Positions 10,464-21,984 of a stretch of 64,000 bases of DNA are shown here, piece after piece. The notes beneath the pieces are model-generated. The model searched no databases. It was not told the origin of the DNA and worked only from the letters and a program-made list of their open reading frames with translations. The stretch's first letter is position 1, and each line of letters begins with the position of its first letter. The stretch is from Novosphingobium sp. GTDB taxonomy: Bacteria > Pseudomonadota > Alphaproteobacteria > Sphingomonadales > Sphingomonadaceae. The stretch covers positions 1,549 to 65,548 of the forward strand of contig NZ_JANXWG010000139.1 of the NCBI RefSeq assembly GCF_025351285.1, given 5' to 3'. Both the position numbers and the translations under genes were made by a program.

Positions 10464-11506
10464 GCGGCTCCGCCTTGCACTTGCTTGCTGTCGCGGATCG
10501 CGCGGTCGATGGCCTGGCGAGCGCGTACGCCGCCTTCGTCGATCCGGTACGCCGAGAGTTTAAGGTCGGGATTGGCGGCGATCGAACGTTGCTGCGCTTC
10601 GAGCACGGCCACGTCCTCGATGAACACGCCGCTTTGCTGGTGCTTGAAGCGCGCGGTGAAGCCCGGGTCCTGCACCTGGAAATTGCGCGCCATGCCCCAG
10701 AAGTAATGGTGGCTGGTCGCGCGCTCGGGCGTCATCACATCGATCACCATCCCGCGCACGCCCTGGTCATGACGTTCGAGCGTCGCCCCCGCGCCGACCG
10801 GCGCCACGCCGACATCGATCATCACCGCCGACGGCAGCATGAACCGGCAGATCTGCCAGCGATCGACGAGCCCCTCCTGCCCCAACGCGCCGCGCCAGAA
10901 CGGTGGTGCATCGATCCCGGGCATCCAGCGCCGAACCAGAACTTCGTCGTTCTCGACCACGGTCTCGATCGGCGCTTCCATCAATTCGGGCTGGCCGATC
11001 GAGCCGGTATGGACATAGGTTTCGTGCGTCAGGTCCATCAGGTTGTCGATCATCAGCCGGTAATCGCACGCAACCGGATAATAGCCGCCGTCGAAGGCCC
11101 AGTCGGGGCTCGAACAGGGCCACAAGTCGGGGATCAGCGCCGGATCGGCCAGCGCTGCTTCGCCCACCCACACCCACACGAAGCGATGCCGCTCGTGCGT
11201 GACATACGTCTCGGCGCAGACCTTGCGGTTCACCGGATCGGTGCGGATCGGCATTTCCTGCGCCACGCCATCGGGGCCGAGCTTGAGCCCGTGGTACTTG
11301 CAGCGGATCGAATCGCCTTCGCGCAGCCCCAGCGAAAGCGGCAGCATGCGGTGCGGGCAGGCATCGCGCATCGCCACCACGCCGCGATCGAGCTTGCGGT
11401 AGAACAGCATCGGCACGCCGCAGATCGTCCGCGCAAGCGGCTTGGAATCGACTTCGGCATCCCACCCCGCGACATACCAGGCGTTGGTGAGCCAGATCTC
11501 GCTCAT
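10460..11506 (-). CDS. vanA: Rieske non-heme iron O-demethylase oxygenase subunit (vanillate O-demethylase type)
   Basis: Start MSEIWLTNAWYVAG at 11506; Rieske CPHR...CKYHG; mononuclear site CDYRLMIDNLMDLTHETYVH; APPFW, VDRWQICRF, YFWGMARNF. Confidence 0.88.
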
Positions 11507-12528
11507 AGCCCGTGCGCCTTGAGCTTGGCATCGAGCCGCGGGAACACCCGGCGGGCATTGCCCTCGAAAATCGCGTGGCGCTGATCGTCTGCCACGTCGA
11601 GCGCGTCGACATAACGCTTGGTGTCGTCGAAATAGTGCCCGGTCAGCGGATCGATCCCGCGGACCGCACCGACCATCTCGCTGCCGAACAGGATGTTCTT
11701 GCTCTCGATCACTTTGGCCAGAAGGTCCACGCCGGGCTGGTGATAGACGCAAGTATCGAAATAGACGTTGTTCATCACGTGCCCGGCCAGATCGGGCTTC
11801 TTGAGCATGTCAGCCAGCCCGCGATAGCGGCCCCAATGATAGGGCACCGCGCCGCCGCCGTGCGGGATGATGAAGCGCAGGTTGGGGAAGCGCGCGAACA
11901 AATCGCCCTCGATCAGTTGCATGAACGCGATCGTGTCGGCGGCGATGTAGAAGCTGCCGGTGGCGTGGAGCGCGGCGTTGCAACTGCCCGAAACGTGGAT
12001 CATCGCGGGCACGTCGAGCTCGCACATCGCCTCGTACATGGGGAACCAGTAAGGATCGGTCAGCGCCGGATGGTTGAAGTGACCGCCGCCCGGGTCCGGG
12101 TTGAGGTTGCAGCCGATGAAGCCGAGTTGCTCAACACAGCGGCGCAGTTCCTTGATCGAGGCGGACAAATCCGCCGCCGGCGATTGCGGCAGCATGCACA
12201 CCCCGGTGAAGGTCTTGGGGAACAGACCGACCACGCGCGCAATCAAGTCGTTGCAAGCAATCGACCACGCCTCGCTCACCTGCTGATCGCCGACATGGTG
12301 CGCCATTGCCGAAGCGCGTGGGCTGAAGATCGTGTGATCCGCGGCGCGCTCACGGATCAGCTTGAGCTGGTTCTGCTCGATCGTCTCGCGGATCTGGTCG
12401 TCCGAAATCGCGGGATACGCGGGCGCCGCCTGGCCCGCCTTGAACGCGGCTTTTTGCACCTCGCGCCAGGCGTTGTGGGGTTCGGGCGCGGTGGTGTAGT
12501 GGCCGTGGCAATCGATCACGAGGGTCAT
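11503..12528 (-). CDS. ligJ: 4-oxalomesaconate hydratase (amidohydrolase superfamily)
   Basis: IDCHGHYTT, IFSPRASAMAHH.GD, VCMLPQSP, GFIGCNLNPDPGGGHF, HGGGAVPYHWGRYRGLA, FDTCVYHQPG, FGSEMVGAVRGIDP.TGHYFDDTKRY. Confidence 0.95.
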   Translation of the reverse strand: MTLVIDCHGHYTTAPEPHNAWREVQKAAFKAGQAAPAYPAISDDQIRETIEQNQLKLIRERAADHTIFSPRASAMAHHVGDQQVSEAWSIACNDLIARVVGLFPKTFTGVCMLPQSPAADLSASIKELRRCVEQLGFIGCNLNPDPGGGHFNHPALTDPYWFPMYEAMCELDVPAMIHVSGSCNAALHATGSFYIAADTIAFMQLIEGDLFARFPNLRFIIPHGGGAVPYHWGRYRGLADMLKKPDLAGHVMNNVYFDTCVYHQPGVDLLAKVIESKNILFGSEMVGAVRGIDPLTGHYFDDTKRYVDALDVADDQRHAIFEGNARRVFPRLDAKLKAHGL

Positions 12529-13361
12529 GCCGCATCGCTCCTTGTTTCTTGCCGCGGTTGTGGCGCCAGGTGCTGGCGTTGCCCGGCCATCGCCGCCTGC
12601 CGCGCGACAGTGCCACGCGTCATCACCGGATCTACCCCGAGTGCCGCCAGCGTCTTGGCCGACTCTTCCATCTCGGCCGCGCGCCGCACGCCGTGAGTGA
12701 CCATGCGTTCGAGGTTGTAGTCCGCGCGGTTCTGCCAGCTTCGCGCCTTTTCACTGGCATCGAGCGAAGCCAGCACCTCGTCCTCAACGCCCGCCGCGCG
12801 TGCCGCCAGCATCATCTCGGCGGTCAGTGCCTCGATCCCCTTGACCATCACCGAGCGGATCATCTTGATCGCGCTGGCCCGGCCGACTTCGTTGCCGACT
12901 ACGCGGGTGTCGGTGAAGCCCGCCGCGCGCAAGAGCGCCTCGCCTTGATCCGACGCCGGGCCTGCAATCAACAACGGCACCTTGAGTCGGGCCGGATGGA
13001 CCGGCGCCAGCACCGCCACATCGACATAGCGCCCGCCCGCCGCCTCGATCGCCTGGGAAGCCGCGCGCTTGGTTTCGGGCGCGACCGAGTTCATGTCGCA
13101 CCACACCGCACCGGTTTTGAGCAAAGACCCATAGTCCTGCGCCGCCGAAAGAGCGGCGTCCGCCGTTACCAATGAAAGCACCAGGTCGGCCCCGGCCAAC
13201 GCTCCGGCCGCATCGCCCGCCATAGTCACGCCCGCGACTGCCATCGCGGCGCAGCGCTGCGGGAGAATGTCCCACCCGCGCGCCTGTCCGCCCCAATCCG
13301 CCGCAGCGGCGAAAGTCGATCCGGCCTCTCCGAAACCGATCAGGGCGATCTTGAAATCCAT
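12525..13361 (-). CDS. NAD(P)-dependent oxidoreductase (6PGD/3-hydroxyisobutyrate dehydrogenase-like, DUF1932-type C-terminus)
   Basis: Start MDFKIALIGFGEAGSTF (Rossmann fold); DMNSVAPETK, YVDVAVLAPV, G.ASAIKMIRSVMVKGIEAL, HGVRRAAEMEE. Its stop overlaps the ligJ start. Confidence 0.85.
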   Translation of the reverse strand: MDFKIALIGFGEAGSTFAAAADWGGQARGWDILPQRCAAMAVAGVTMAGDAAGALAGADLVLSLVTADAALSAAQDYGSLLKTGAVWCDMNSVAPETKRAASQAIEAAGGRYVDVAVLAPVHPARLKVPLLIAGPASDQGEALLRAAGFTDTRVVGNEVGRASAIKMIRSVMVKGIEALTAEMMLAARAAGVEDEVLASLDASEKARSWQNRADYNLERMVTHGVRRAAEMEESAKTLAALGVDPVMTRGTVARQAAMAGQRQHLAPQPRQETRSDAA

Positions 13362-13426
13362 CAACTGCCGTCCTGTCGTGACCGCTACCAGGGGGGAAAT
13401 GAATTGATCGGTCGAACCATAATTTT

Positions 13427-14587
13427 TCACGAAGTATTGGCTAGCGCACCGACTTCGCGCAGGATTTCCACAAAGCAGGCTTGTGGTGCGGTCGGCCGCC
13501 AGCCGGTGCGCGTGGTTATCCCGATCGTACGCGTGACCGGGACCGGCGTCGGCAGCACCACCAGCACCCCTGCCGCCAGCTCCACCGCGATCTGGTCGGG
13601 AGAAAGCAGCGTGAGCGCATCGCTTCCCAGCAGCAATTGCCGCACGGTCAGCACCGATCCGCATTCGATCCGGATCAGCGGCGGCACCGCGCCCGCCTCG
13701 ACCAGCATCGCCTCCCAATACCGCCGCAATGGAGTTTCGCGCGGCGGCAAAATCCAGTCGTGTGCGGCCAGCACTGCTCCCGTGGGTTGACCGACTGCGA
13801 CCAATGGATGTCCCGCACGTACGATCACTTGCGGCCGGTCGACGAACACCGGTTCCTGGACCAGGTCGTCCAGCCCGTTGGCATCACGCAATGCCCCCAG
13901 CATCAGGTCGATTTCGCCATCGCGCAGCGGCCCGGCCAGTTCGGCGTGGCTGCCTTCGACCACCACAATGTCCACTTCGGGAAACCGGGCCGAAAAGCGC
14001 AGGATCGCTTCGGGCAACCAGCGCGCGCGGCTAAGCGGCATCGCACCGACCACGATCCGTCCCGCAGCCTTGCCCTGCCACGCCGCCACTTCGGCGAGGC
14101 CGGCGCGCACTTCGGCCATCGCCAGCCCGAACCCGCGCGCACGGCGCTGCCCGGCGGGGGTCAGGATCACCTGGCGCCCGCGCCGTTCGACCAGCCGCGC
14201 ACCAAGCGCAAGCGACAGATCGGCGACCGCGCGATGGAGCGAGGCCGGCGCCAGCCCGGTCGCCTGCGCCGCGCCTGCGTAGCTGCCGCCCCGCGCCAGC
14301 GCCAGGAAGGCGCGCACTTGCGTGCCGGTCACGCGCGGGCTGCCGATTTGCGCAATCGCGGCTTCCACGCGCGGCGCCAGCAGCTGTGCGGGCGCGGTCG
14401 GCGTCATGCCCCCTGCGCCGCGTTCGAACAGCGCACAGCCCAGGTCCGCTTCCAGCCGCGCGATCGCCTGGGTCAATGCCGGCTGGGTCAGGTTGACGGC
14501 GCGCGCCGCGCGCGTGACAGTGCCATGGCGGACCGTGGCGGCAAGCGCGGCGAAGTGCCGGATGTTGGGAGCCTTGCCGTCGATCAT
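13427..14587 (-). CDS. ligR: LysR-type regulator with duplicated HTH (LigR-like)
   Basis: Two LysR HTH units ([25 protein letters not shown] and [24 protein letters not shown]) plus a substrate-binding domain; divergent from ligK. Confidence 0.9.
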   Translation of the reverse strand: MIDGKAPNIRHFAALAATVRHGTVTRAARAVNLTQPALTQAIARLEADLGCALFERGAGGMTPTAPAQLLAPRVEAAIAQIGSPRVTGTQVRAFLALARGGSYAGAAQATGLAPASLHRAVADLSLALGARLVERRGRQVILTPAGQRRARGFGLAMAEVRAGLAEVAAWQGKAAGRIVVGAMPLSRARWLPEAILRFSARFPEVDIVVVEGSHAELAGPLRDGEIDLMLGALRDANGLDDLVQEPVFVDRPQVIVRAGHPLVAVGQPTGAVLAAHDWILPPRETPLRRYWEAMLVEAGAVPPLIRIECGSVLTVRQLLLGSDALTLLSPDQIAVELAAGVLVVLPTPVPVTRTIGITTRTGWRPTAPQACFVEILREVGALANTS

Positions 14588-14596
14588 GGCGTGATG

Positions 14597-14611
14597 TTAG
14601 CAAATTGTTAT
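14597..14611. promoter_or_regulatory. Candidate LysR (LigR) T-N11-A box in the ligR-ligK intergenic region
   Basis: TTAG-CAAATTG-TTAT. A similar box, ATAA-TTTTTCA-CGAA, lies at 13419-13433 upstream of the oxidoreductase-ligJ operon. Confidence 0.4.
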
Positions 14612-14710
14612 GTCATCCGCCAAGTTCGGATTGGCATTCCCGCGGTGCTGTCGCATGGATTTGCCGTACCACTACAACGCCACTGCGCCGCACCTGCAAC
14701 GGAGAGAACC

Positions 14711-15385
14711 ATGGCCGGAATCGTCGTCCAGAATATCGAGCGCGCCGATCCGGCGGTGATCGACGGGCTGGCCGAATGCGGCGTCGCCACCGTCCACGAA
14801 GCGCAAGGCCGCGCCGGGTTGCTGGCAAGCTATATGCGCCCGATCTACACCGGCGCGCGGATCGCGGGTTCGGCGCTGACGATCAGCGCACCGCCGGGCG
14901 ACAACTGGATGGTCCACGTCGCGATCGAGCAGTTGCAGGCGGGAGACATCCTGCTGCTCGCGCCGACCAGCCCGTGCGAGGATGGCTATTTTGGCGATCT
15001 GCTCGCCACTTCGGCGATCGCGCGCGGGTGCCGGGGACTGGTGATCGACGCGGGAGTGCGCGATGTGCGCGACCTGACGCAGATGGGTTTTCCGGTGTGG
15101 TCGAAGGCCGTCTTTGCGCAAGGCACGATCAAGGCCTCGCTGGGATCGGTCAACGTGCCGGTGGTCTGCGCAAGTGCGATGGTCAATCCGGGCGACGTGA
15201 TCGTGGCGGATGATGACGGGGTGTGCGTGGTGCCGCGCCTGAATGCCGCAAAGGTGTTGGAAGCGGCGCGGGCGCGTGAGGCCAACGAGGGCGACAAGCG
15301 CGACAAGCTGGCGGCCGGGGTGCTGGGGCTGGATATGTACAAAATGCGCGAGAAGTTGGCCGAGATGGGGCTGAAATATGTGTGA
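14711..15385 (+). CDS. ligK: 4-carboxy-4-hydroxy-2-oxoadipate aldolase / oxaloacetate decarboxylase
   Basis: RBS GGAGAG; [82 protein letters not shown]. Confidence 0.95.
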   Translation: MAGIVVQNIERADPAVIDGLAECGVATVHEAQGRAGLLASYMRPIYTGARIAGSALTISAPPGDNWMVHVAIEQLQAGDILLLAPTSPCEDGYFGDLLATSAIARGCRGLVIDAGVRDVRDLTQMGFPVWSKAVFAQGTIKASLGSVNVPVVCASAMVNPGDVIVADDDGVCVVPRLNAAKVLEAARAREANEGDKRDKLAAGVLGLDMYKMREKLAEMGLKYV

Positions 15386-15394
15386 TCCCAAGGT

Positions 15395-15418
15395 CCCCCG
15401 CCCGCAAGCGGGAGGGGG
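15395..15418. repeat. Single REP-like hairpin between ligK and ligU
   Basis: CCCCCGCCCGC-AA-GCGGGAGGGGG, the same family as the 9098 and 22988 repeats. Confidence 0.8.
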
Positions 15419-15421
15419 CAA

Positions 15422-17367
<1,946 letters not shown>

Positions 17368-17439
17368 ATGTGGCAAGTCCGGTTGCTGCGGAGCCATGCT
17401 GCGCCTAAGATCGAGACTTCGCCTGGATTGGAGAGCCCC

Positions 17440-18000
17440 GTGGCCGCACCCCTTCGTCAGTCCGCCTTCTTCGCGGCGTTTCTTGCCGGCACCCTGCTGG
17501 TCCCGGCCGCCATCGATGCGCACGCCAACCGTCATGCCATCAAGACGCGCCCACCACTCGCCCGCGCAAAACTGATGCTTGCCGATGGCACGCCGGCAGG
17601 CACCGCCACCGTTCGCGTCTATCACGGTCGCGCGTCGCTTGTCCTTGCGTTGAGCAAGCTGCCAGCCGGCGTCCACGGCATTCACCTTCACGCGGTCGGC
17701 AAGTGCGATGCGCCCGATTTCAAGACCGCGGGCGGCCATCTCAACCCCGATATGCACCAGCACGGCACGCTCAACCCGATGGGCCACCATCTGGGAGACC
17801 TGGCCAACGTGACCGCGAACGCTTTGGGCAAGGTCGTCACCTCGATGCCGTTGGTCGGCGGCGAAGCGGCGGTGGCAGCCGCGATGTTCGATGCTGACGG
17901 CACCGCGCTGGTGATCCACGCCGCACCCGATGACTACAAGTCCGATCCCAGCGGCAACAGCGGCGCGCGCATCGCCTGCGGCGTGTTCGAACGACCCTGA
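17440..18000 (+). CDS. sodC: Periplasmic Cu/Zn superoxide dismutase
   Basis: Signal-like N-terminus (start uncertain; GTG 17440 used); GVHGIHLH..GKC, AGGHLNP, HG, HLGDLAN, ALVIHAAPDDYKSDPSGNSGARIACG. Confidence 0.92.
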   Translation: MAAPLRQSAFFAAFLAGTLLVPAAIDAHANRHAIKTRPPLARAKLMLADGTPAGTATVRVYHGRASLVLALSKLPAGVHGIHLHAVGKCDAPDFKTAGGHLNPDMHQHGTLNPMGHHLGDLANVTANALGKVVTSMPLVGGEAAVAAAMFDADGTALVIHAAPDDYKSDPSGNSGARIACGVFERP

Positions 18001-18029
18001 CCAATCGCGTTTCCGCACCCGGCACGATC

Positions 18030-20150
18030 GTGAGCAGGTTCGGCAGGGCGGTTATCGTGGCTGGCGCGATGATGCTGGCGGGCGCCACGTCCGAACCGCG
18101 TGTCGTGATCGTGCTCGATGATCCGCGCGCACAACTGTTCCGGCCCGACGAAGCGTGGGGACTGGCGATCGACGGGGCGCAGCGCGGCGAAGTCGATCAG
18201 TTGCTTACGCCGGCCAACCTGGCCGCGATCCAACGTTCGGGCCTGCGCCCGTTGACTTACCGGTTGCGCACCGAGTTGGGCATCGAAGCGTGGCACTGGA
18301 ACCCGGCCGGAACGTGGAGCGACGCCGCGCGCGCGCAAGGCTACTGGACGTCGAATGACACGCTCGGCCTGCCGATCCAGCTTTCGTGGGGTTACAAGCT
18401 GCCCCGACGCGGCGACACGGTCGACAACGCCAACGACACCGATTTCTCGCGGCTGACCGACGGGGACCGGACTACGTTCTGGAAATCGAACCCGTACCTC
18501 GATGCGTCTTTCCTGAAAGACGGCCAGGCCCATCCGCAATGGCTGATCGTCAAGCTCGACCAGCCGCGCGCGATCGATGCCGCGCGGATCGACTGGGCCG
18601 AACCTTACGCTACCGCATTCGAAGTCCAGTACTGGACCGGCGCCGACGAGGATGACGATGGCGGGCGTTGGCAGGCCTTTCCGCACGGCACGATAACCAG
18701 TGGCAGCGGCGGGCGGCCCTTGCTGCGGCTCGCCGAGGCTCCGGTCAAAACGCAATTCCTGCGCGTGCTGATGACTGCCGGATCGCACACCATGATGCCG
18801 GGCGCGGCGGGTGACGACTGGCGCGATCGTGCCGGGTTCGCGGTGAACGAAGTCGGCTTCGGCACGGTACGCGCCGATGGCTCGCTGGCCGATGTGGTCC
18901 ACCACGCCGCGTCGCACACCGCGCAGACCTGGACGCACGTGTCCTCCACCGATCCGTGGCACCGCGCGGTGGATCGCGACGCGGATCTCGAGCAGCCGGG
19001 CATCGACCGCGTATTCGACAGTAAGCTCGGCAACGGCCTGCCGGTGATGATGCCGACCGGGATGCTGTTCGACACGCCCGAAAACGCGGCCGCCGAACTG
19101 CGCTACATCGCGGCGCGCGGGTTTCCGGTGAAGCAGATCGAACTGGGCGAAGAGCCCGACGGTCAATACGGCGATCCGGCCGATTATGCTGCGCTTTATG
19201 TCGCATTCGCGCGGCGGCTCAAGGGCATCGTGCCCGGCGCGGTGTTCGGCGGGCCGAGCCTCCAGCAGGGCGATAGCGACACCTGGATGCTGCCTAATGC
19301 TCCGGGATCGTGGAACGGCCAGTTCATCGCCGCGCTCAAGCGCCAGGGTGCCTTGCGCGAACTCGGCTTCATGAGCTTCGAATACTATCCGATCGAAGAT
19401 CTGTGCGGCGATATCCACACCAAACTGCTGCGCCAAAGCCGCACGTTGGGCGAAATTGCCGACCGCTTCGCTGCCGAAGGCGTGCCGCGATCGATCCCGT
19501 GGATCATCACCGAATACGGCTTTTCCGCTTACGCCGGACGCGCTGAATCCGAGTTGCCGAGCGGATTGCTCGCCGCCGAGATCAACGTGCGCTGGATCGC
19601 GCTCGGTGGATCGGCCGCTTACATGTTCGGGATTGCGCCGGCAGAGCCCGACAACCAGCACGCCGCTTGCGCCGGCTATGGCGCTCTGTCGCTGTACCGT
19701 TCGGACAGCGCGGGCCAGGCTGCCGAACCCATGCCCAGCCTTGCAGCCGCCCAGCTCCTGACCCGGGCGCTGACCGTGCCCGGCCACGATCTGCACTGGA
19801 TGCTGCCCGGGCGGGTCGAAGGCCAAGGGAAAACGGCGCCCGGCGGCACGCTCAAGAGCTGGGCGGTGGCCCGACCCGACGGCAAGCTGGGGGTGCTGCT
19901 GCTCAATCGCAGCGCTACGCAGTCGGTCACACTGCCGATCCTGGTGCAGGCAAGGGGCGGTACGGCGATGGTGGCGAATGGGCCTGGCGAGATCTGGACT
20001 TATGGCGCCGCCCAGTACCAATGGCGTAGCGCCGGCCCCGAAAGCCGGCCAAGCCGCAGCGTGCCGCCCGCGCATGCGCTTCTGCCGGCGGGTCCGGTGC
20101 GCGTGACCCTGCCGCCCGACGGGATGGTCGTGGTGGTGATCCGGCGCTAA
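18030..20150 (+). CDS. Secreted discoidin (F5/8 type C/CBM32-like) domain protein with putative clan GH-A glycoside hydrolase barrel
   Basis: Signal peptide; discoidin-like segment (LTDGDRTTFWKS..PQWLIVKL..IDAARIDWAEPYATAFEVQYW); ELGEEPDG and WIITEYG resemble GH-A acid/base and nucleophile motifs. Confidence 0.6.
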   Translation: MSRFGRAVIVAGAMMLAGATSEPRVVIVLDDPRAQLFRPDEAWGLAIDGAQRGEVDQLLTPANLAAIQRSGLRPLTYRLRTELGIEAWHWNPAGTWSDAARAQGYWTSNDTLGLPIQLSWGYKLPRRGDTVDNANDTDFSRLTDGDRTTFWKSNPYLDASFLKDGQAHPQWLIVKLDQPRAIDAARIDWAEPYATAFEVQYWTGADEDDDGGRWQAFPHGTITSGSGGRPLLRLAEAPVKTQFLRVLMTAGSHTMMPGAAGDDWRDRAGFAVNEVGFGTVRADGSLADVVHHAASHTAQTWTHVSSTDPWHRAVDRDADLEQPGIDRVFDSKLGNGLPVMMPTGMLFDTPENAAAELRYIAARGFPVKQIELGEEPDGQYGDPADYAALYVAFARRLKGIVPGAVFGGPSLQQGDSDTWMLPNAPGSWNGQFIAALKRQGALRELGFMSFEYYPIEDLCGDIHTKLLRQSRTLGEIADRFAAEGVPRSIPWIITEYGFSAYAGRAESELPSGLLAAEINVRWIALGGSAAYMFGIAPAEPDNQHAACAGYGALSLYRSDSAGQAAEPMPSLAAAQLLTRALTVPGHDLHWMLPGRVEGQGKTAPGGTLKSWAVARPDGKLGVLLLNRSATQSVTLPILVQARGGTAMVANGPGEIWTYGAAQYQWRSAGPESRPSRSVPPAHALLPAGPVRVTLPPDGMVVVVIRR

Positions 20151-20154
20151 GCGC

Positions 20155-20811
20155 TCAGGCGATCACGGCAACCCTGTCGGTGGGCGACTTGCCCTTGGTG
20201 CGGTGGCGGCTGACCACCCAGGCCGCCAATTCCTCGAACCCGAACGGGCGCAGGAACACGAGGCCCGCGCTGCCCGGCCCGGTCCATTGCACGACCGCCT
20301 TGCGCGGCTCGAGCCCTTCGAGCCGGACGGTCACCTCGTCACCGGCGCGAACATAGGACGTGCGCGCCTTGATCCCGCGCTGCGAGATGTCGCGCACGTC
20401 GATGGCCAGCGTGCGATCGGCGATCATCAATTCTCCGTCGCAGTGGATCGGCAAGCGTGGCGCGCGGTTGACTTGTCCGTGCAGCGTTGGCCGCGACAGA
20501 TCGGACAGCACGGCCGACACGTCGATCGGTTCGTCGAACTGCACGCCGATCTGTCCGTCGCTGGCCCAGATGATCGCGCCTTCGGTCGCCGTGTCGCAAT
20601 TGAAACGCACCGTCACGCGCTGGCCGCTGTCGAACTGCGCATAAACGCGCCCTTTCATGCCTTTGGCAGACAAGTTGCGTACCAGGCAGAACCCCGCGAA
20701 GGCACCGATCTCGATCAGGATAGGGCGGAACATCGTCGCCGCGCGATCCTCGGTGCGCCGATCGCGAAGGTCCTGTTCCTCACCCGTCAACGTTCCAGCT
20801 TCTTGCGCCAT
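20155..20811 (-). CDS. Tandem PilZ domain protein
   Basis: RRTEDR...NLSAKG and NRAPRLP...DISQRG (RxxxR and D/NxSxxG pairs), with W....QIGVQF and QWT....AGLVF barrel ends. Confidence 0.85.
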   Translation of the reverse strand: MAQEAGTLTGEEQDLRDRRTEDRAATMFRPILIEIGAFAGFCLVRNLSAKGMKGRVYAQFDSGQRVTVRFNCDTATEGAIIWASDGQIGVQFDEPIDVSAVLSDLSRPTLHGQVNRAPRLPIHCDGELMIADRTLAIDVRDISQRGIKARTSYVRAGDEVTVRLEGLEPRKAVVQWTGPGSAGLVFLRPFGFEELAAWVVSRHRTKGKSPTDRVAVIA

Positions 20812-20954
20812 CGACCAAGTCCTGTGTGATGCCCGGCAAGATTGACGGCACCATCCCCACTGCGATCATCGCGGCAGGAAGTTATGAAACTGCGAAGGTA
20901 AATGCTTGGCATAACCTTACCGCATTCAAGTTACAGGATAATTCCGATGTAAAA

Positions 20955-21932
20955 TCACATGTCCAAAACGCCGCTTCGGATGGTGCTGCTGGTCGCAGCG
21001 ATGTCCACCCCGGCCCGCTCGAGCCATCGGCGAGCCTCGGCGATTTCCTCCGCGAGCACGGGTTCCAGAAGTTCGCGTCGCGCGATCCGCGCCTGATTGT
21101 CGAACGCCACCGCGGGGTTCTTGGAATACGTCGCGAACAGCGGCCCTGCCAGCAAGGCGGTGATGGCATCGGGTGTCGCTTCGACCTGCAAGTGGCGCGC
21201 CGCTGCGAAGAGCGCCGCTCCCGGCTTTGCGAAGAATTGCTCGGCATCGAGGCTGCGTGCGTTCGGCATGGCCGCCAGCGCAGCGTTGAAGTGCCTGGTC
21301 TGAGCCAGCCACAGGGCCGCGGCGCGCGTCGCATCGGACAATCCCGTCAGGTCGCCCAGATAGCCGGAAAGCTGCGTCGTCACGTTCCTGACCCAGACCC
21401 GGTGATTGTCGCTGCGCAGGATCGCGAGAAAGTAGTCGGGCAAGTCGCAATAGAGCATGATCGCGCGTGCCGTGGGGTCTTGCGCGGTGATTTGCGGCAG
21501 CAGGAAATTGACCGGCACGTTGGCCTTCACGATCGTCTGCGCATCCGGATCATAGCGCCGCGCAAGCATCGCCGTGACCAGTGCCAGCCGCGCCGGATCG
21601 GGATCGAACGCCAATTGCCGCAACGCAAACGGTTCGCGCAGCACGATATTCTCACCCAGTTCGCCCAGCGCGCGCGCCAGTAGCGTCGATCCGCAATGCG
21701 CCATGTGAAAGATCCAGCCGAGCGGCGGCGCGGCAGGGATCGGCAATACCGCCGCCGTTATCGCGAAAGCATCGCCCGCAGCGGGCGAAATGCGCTGATC
21801 GAGGAAGATCGAGCGCCGGTAGGCCACTGCATCCATCGGCACGATGATAGCCCGATCGCCTTCAAAGCTGTGCAGGAAGTGATCGGGATTGGCGGCGATA
21901 TCGGCAGGGGACAATGGGACAGGGTGCGGCAT
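20955..21932 (-). CDS. Sulfotransferase-fold (P-loop-like) hypothetical protein
   Basis: Start MPHPVPLSP at 21932; IFHMAHCGSTLLARAL resembles the 5'-phosphosulfate-binding loop (xxRSGSTLL); also LREP, IVKAN and YSK motifs. Confidence 0.6.
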   Translation of the reverse strand: MPHPVPLSPADIAANPDHFLHSFEGDRAIIVPMDAVAYRRSIFLDQRISPAAGDAFAITAAVLPIPAAPPLGWIFHMAHCGSTLLARALGELGENIVLREPFALRQLAFDPDPARLALVTAMLARRYDPDAQTIVKANVPVNFLLPQITAQDPTARAIMLYCDLPDYFLAILRSDNHRVWVRNVTTQLSGYLGDLTGLSDATRAAALWLAQTRHFNAALAAMPNARSLDAEQFFAKPGAALFAAARHLQVEATPDAITALLAGPLFATYSKNPAVAFDNQARIARRELLEPVLAEEIAEARRWLERAGVDIAATSSTIRSGVLDM

Positions 21933-21984
21933 GGTGCGCGGGCTATAGCAAGGCCGGCGCGGCGCGGCTATCAGATGCGCCGTC

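Noticed and set aside
17934-20075. 713-aa antisense ORF opposite the discoidin/GH protein
   Set aside because: Arg/Ala-rich antisense shadow; the + strand ORF has the signal peptide and domain motifs.
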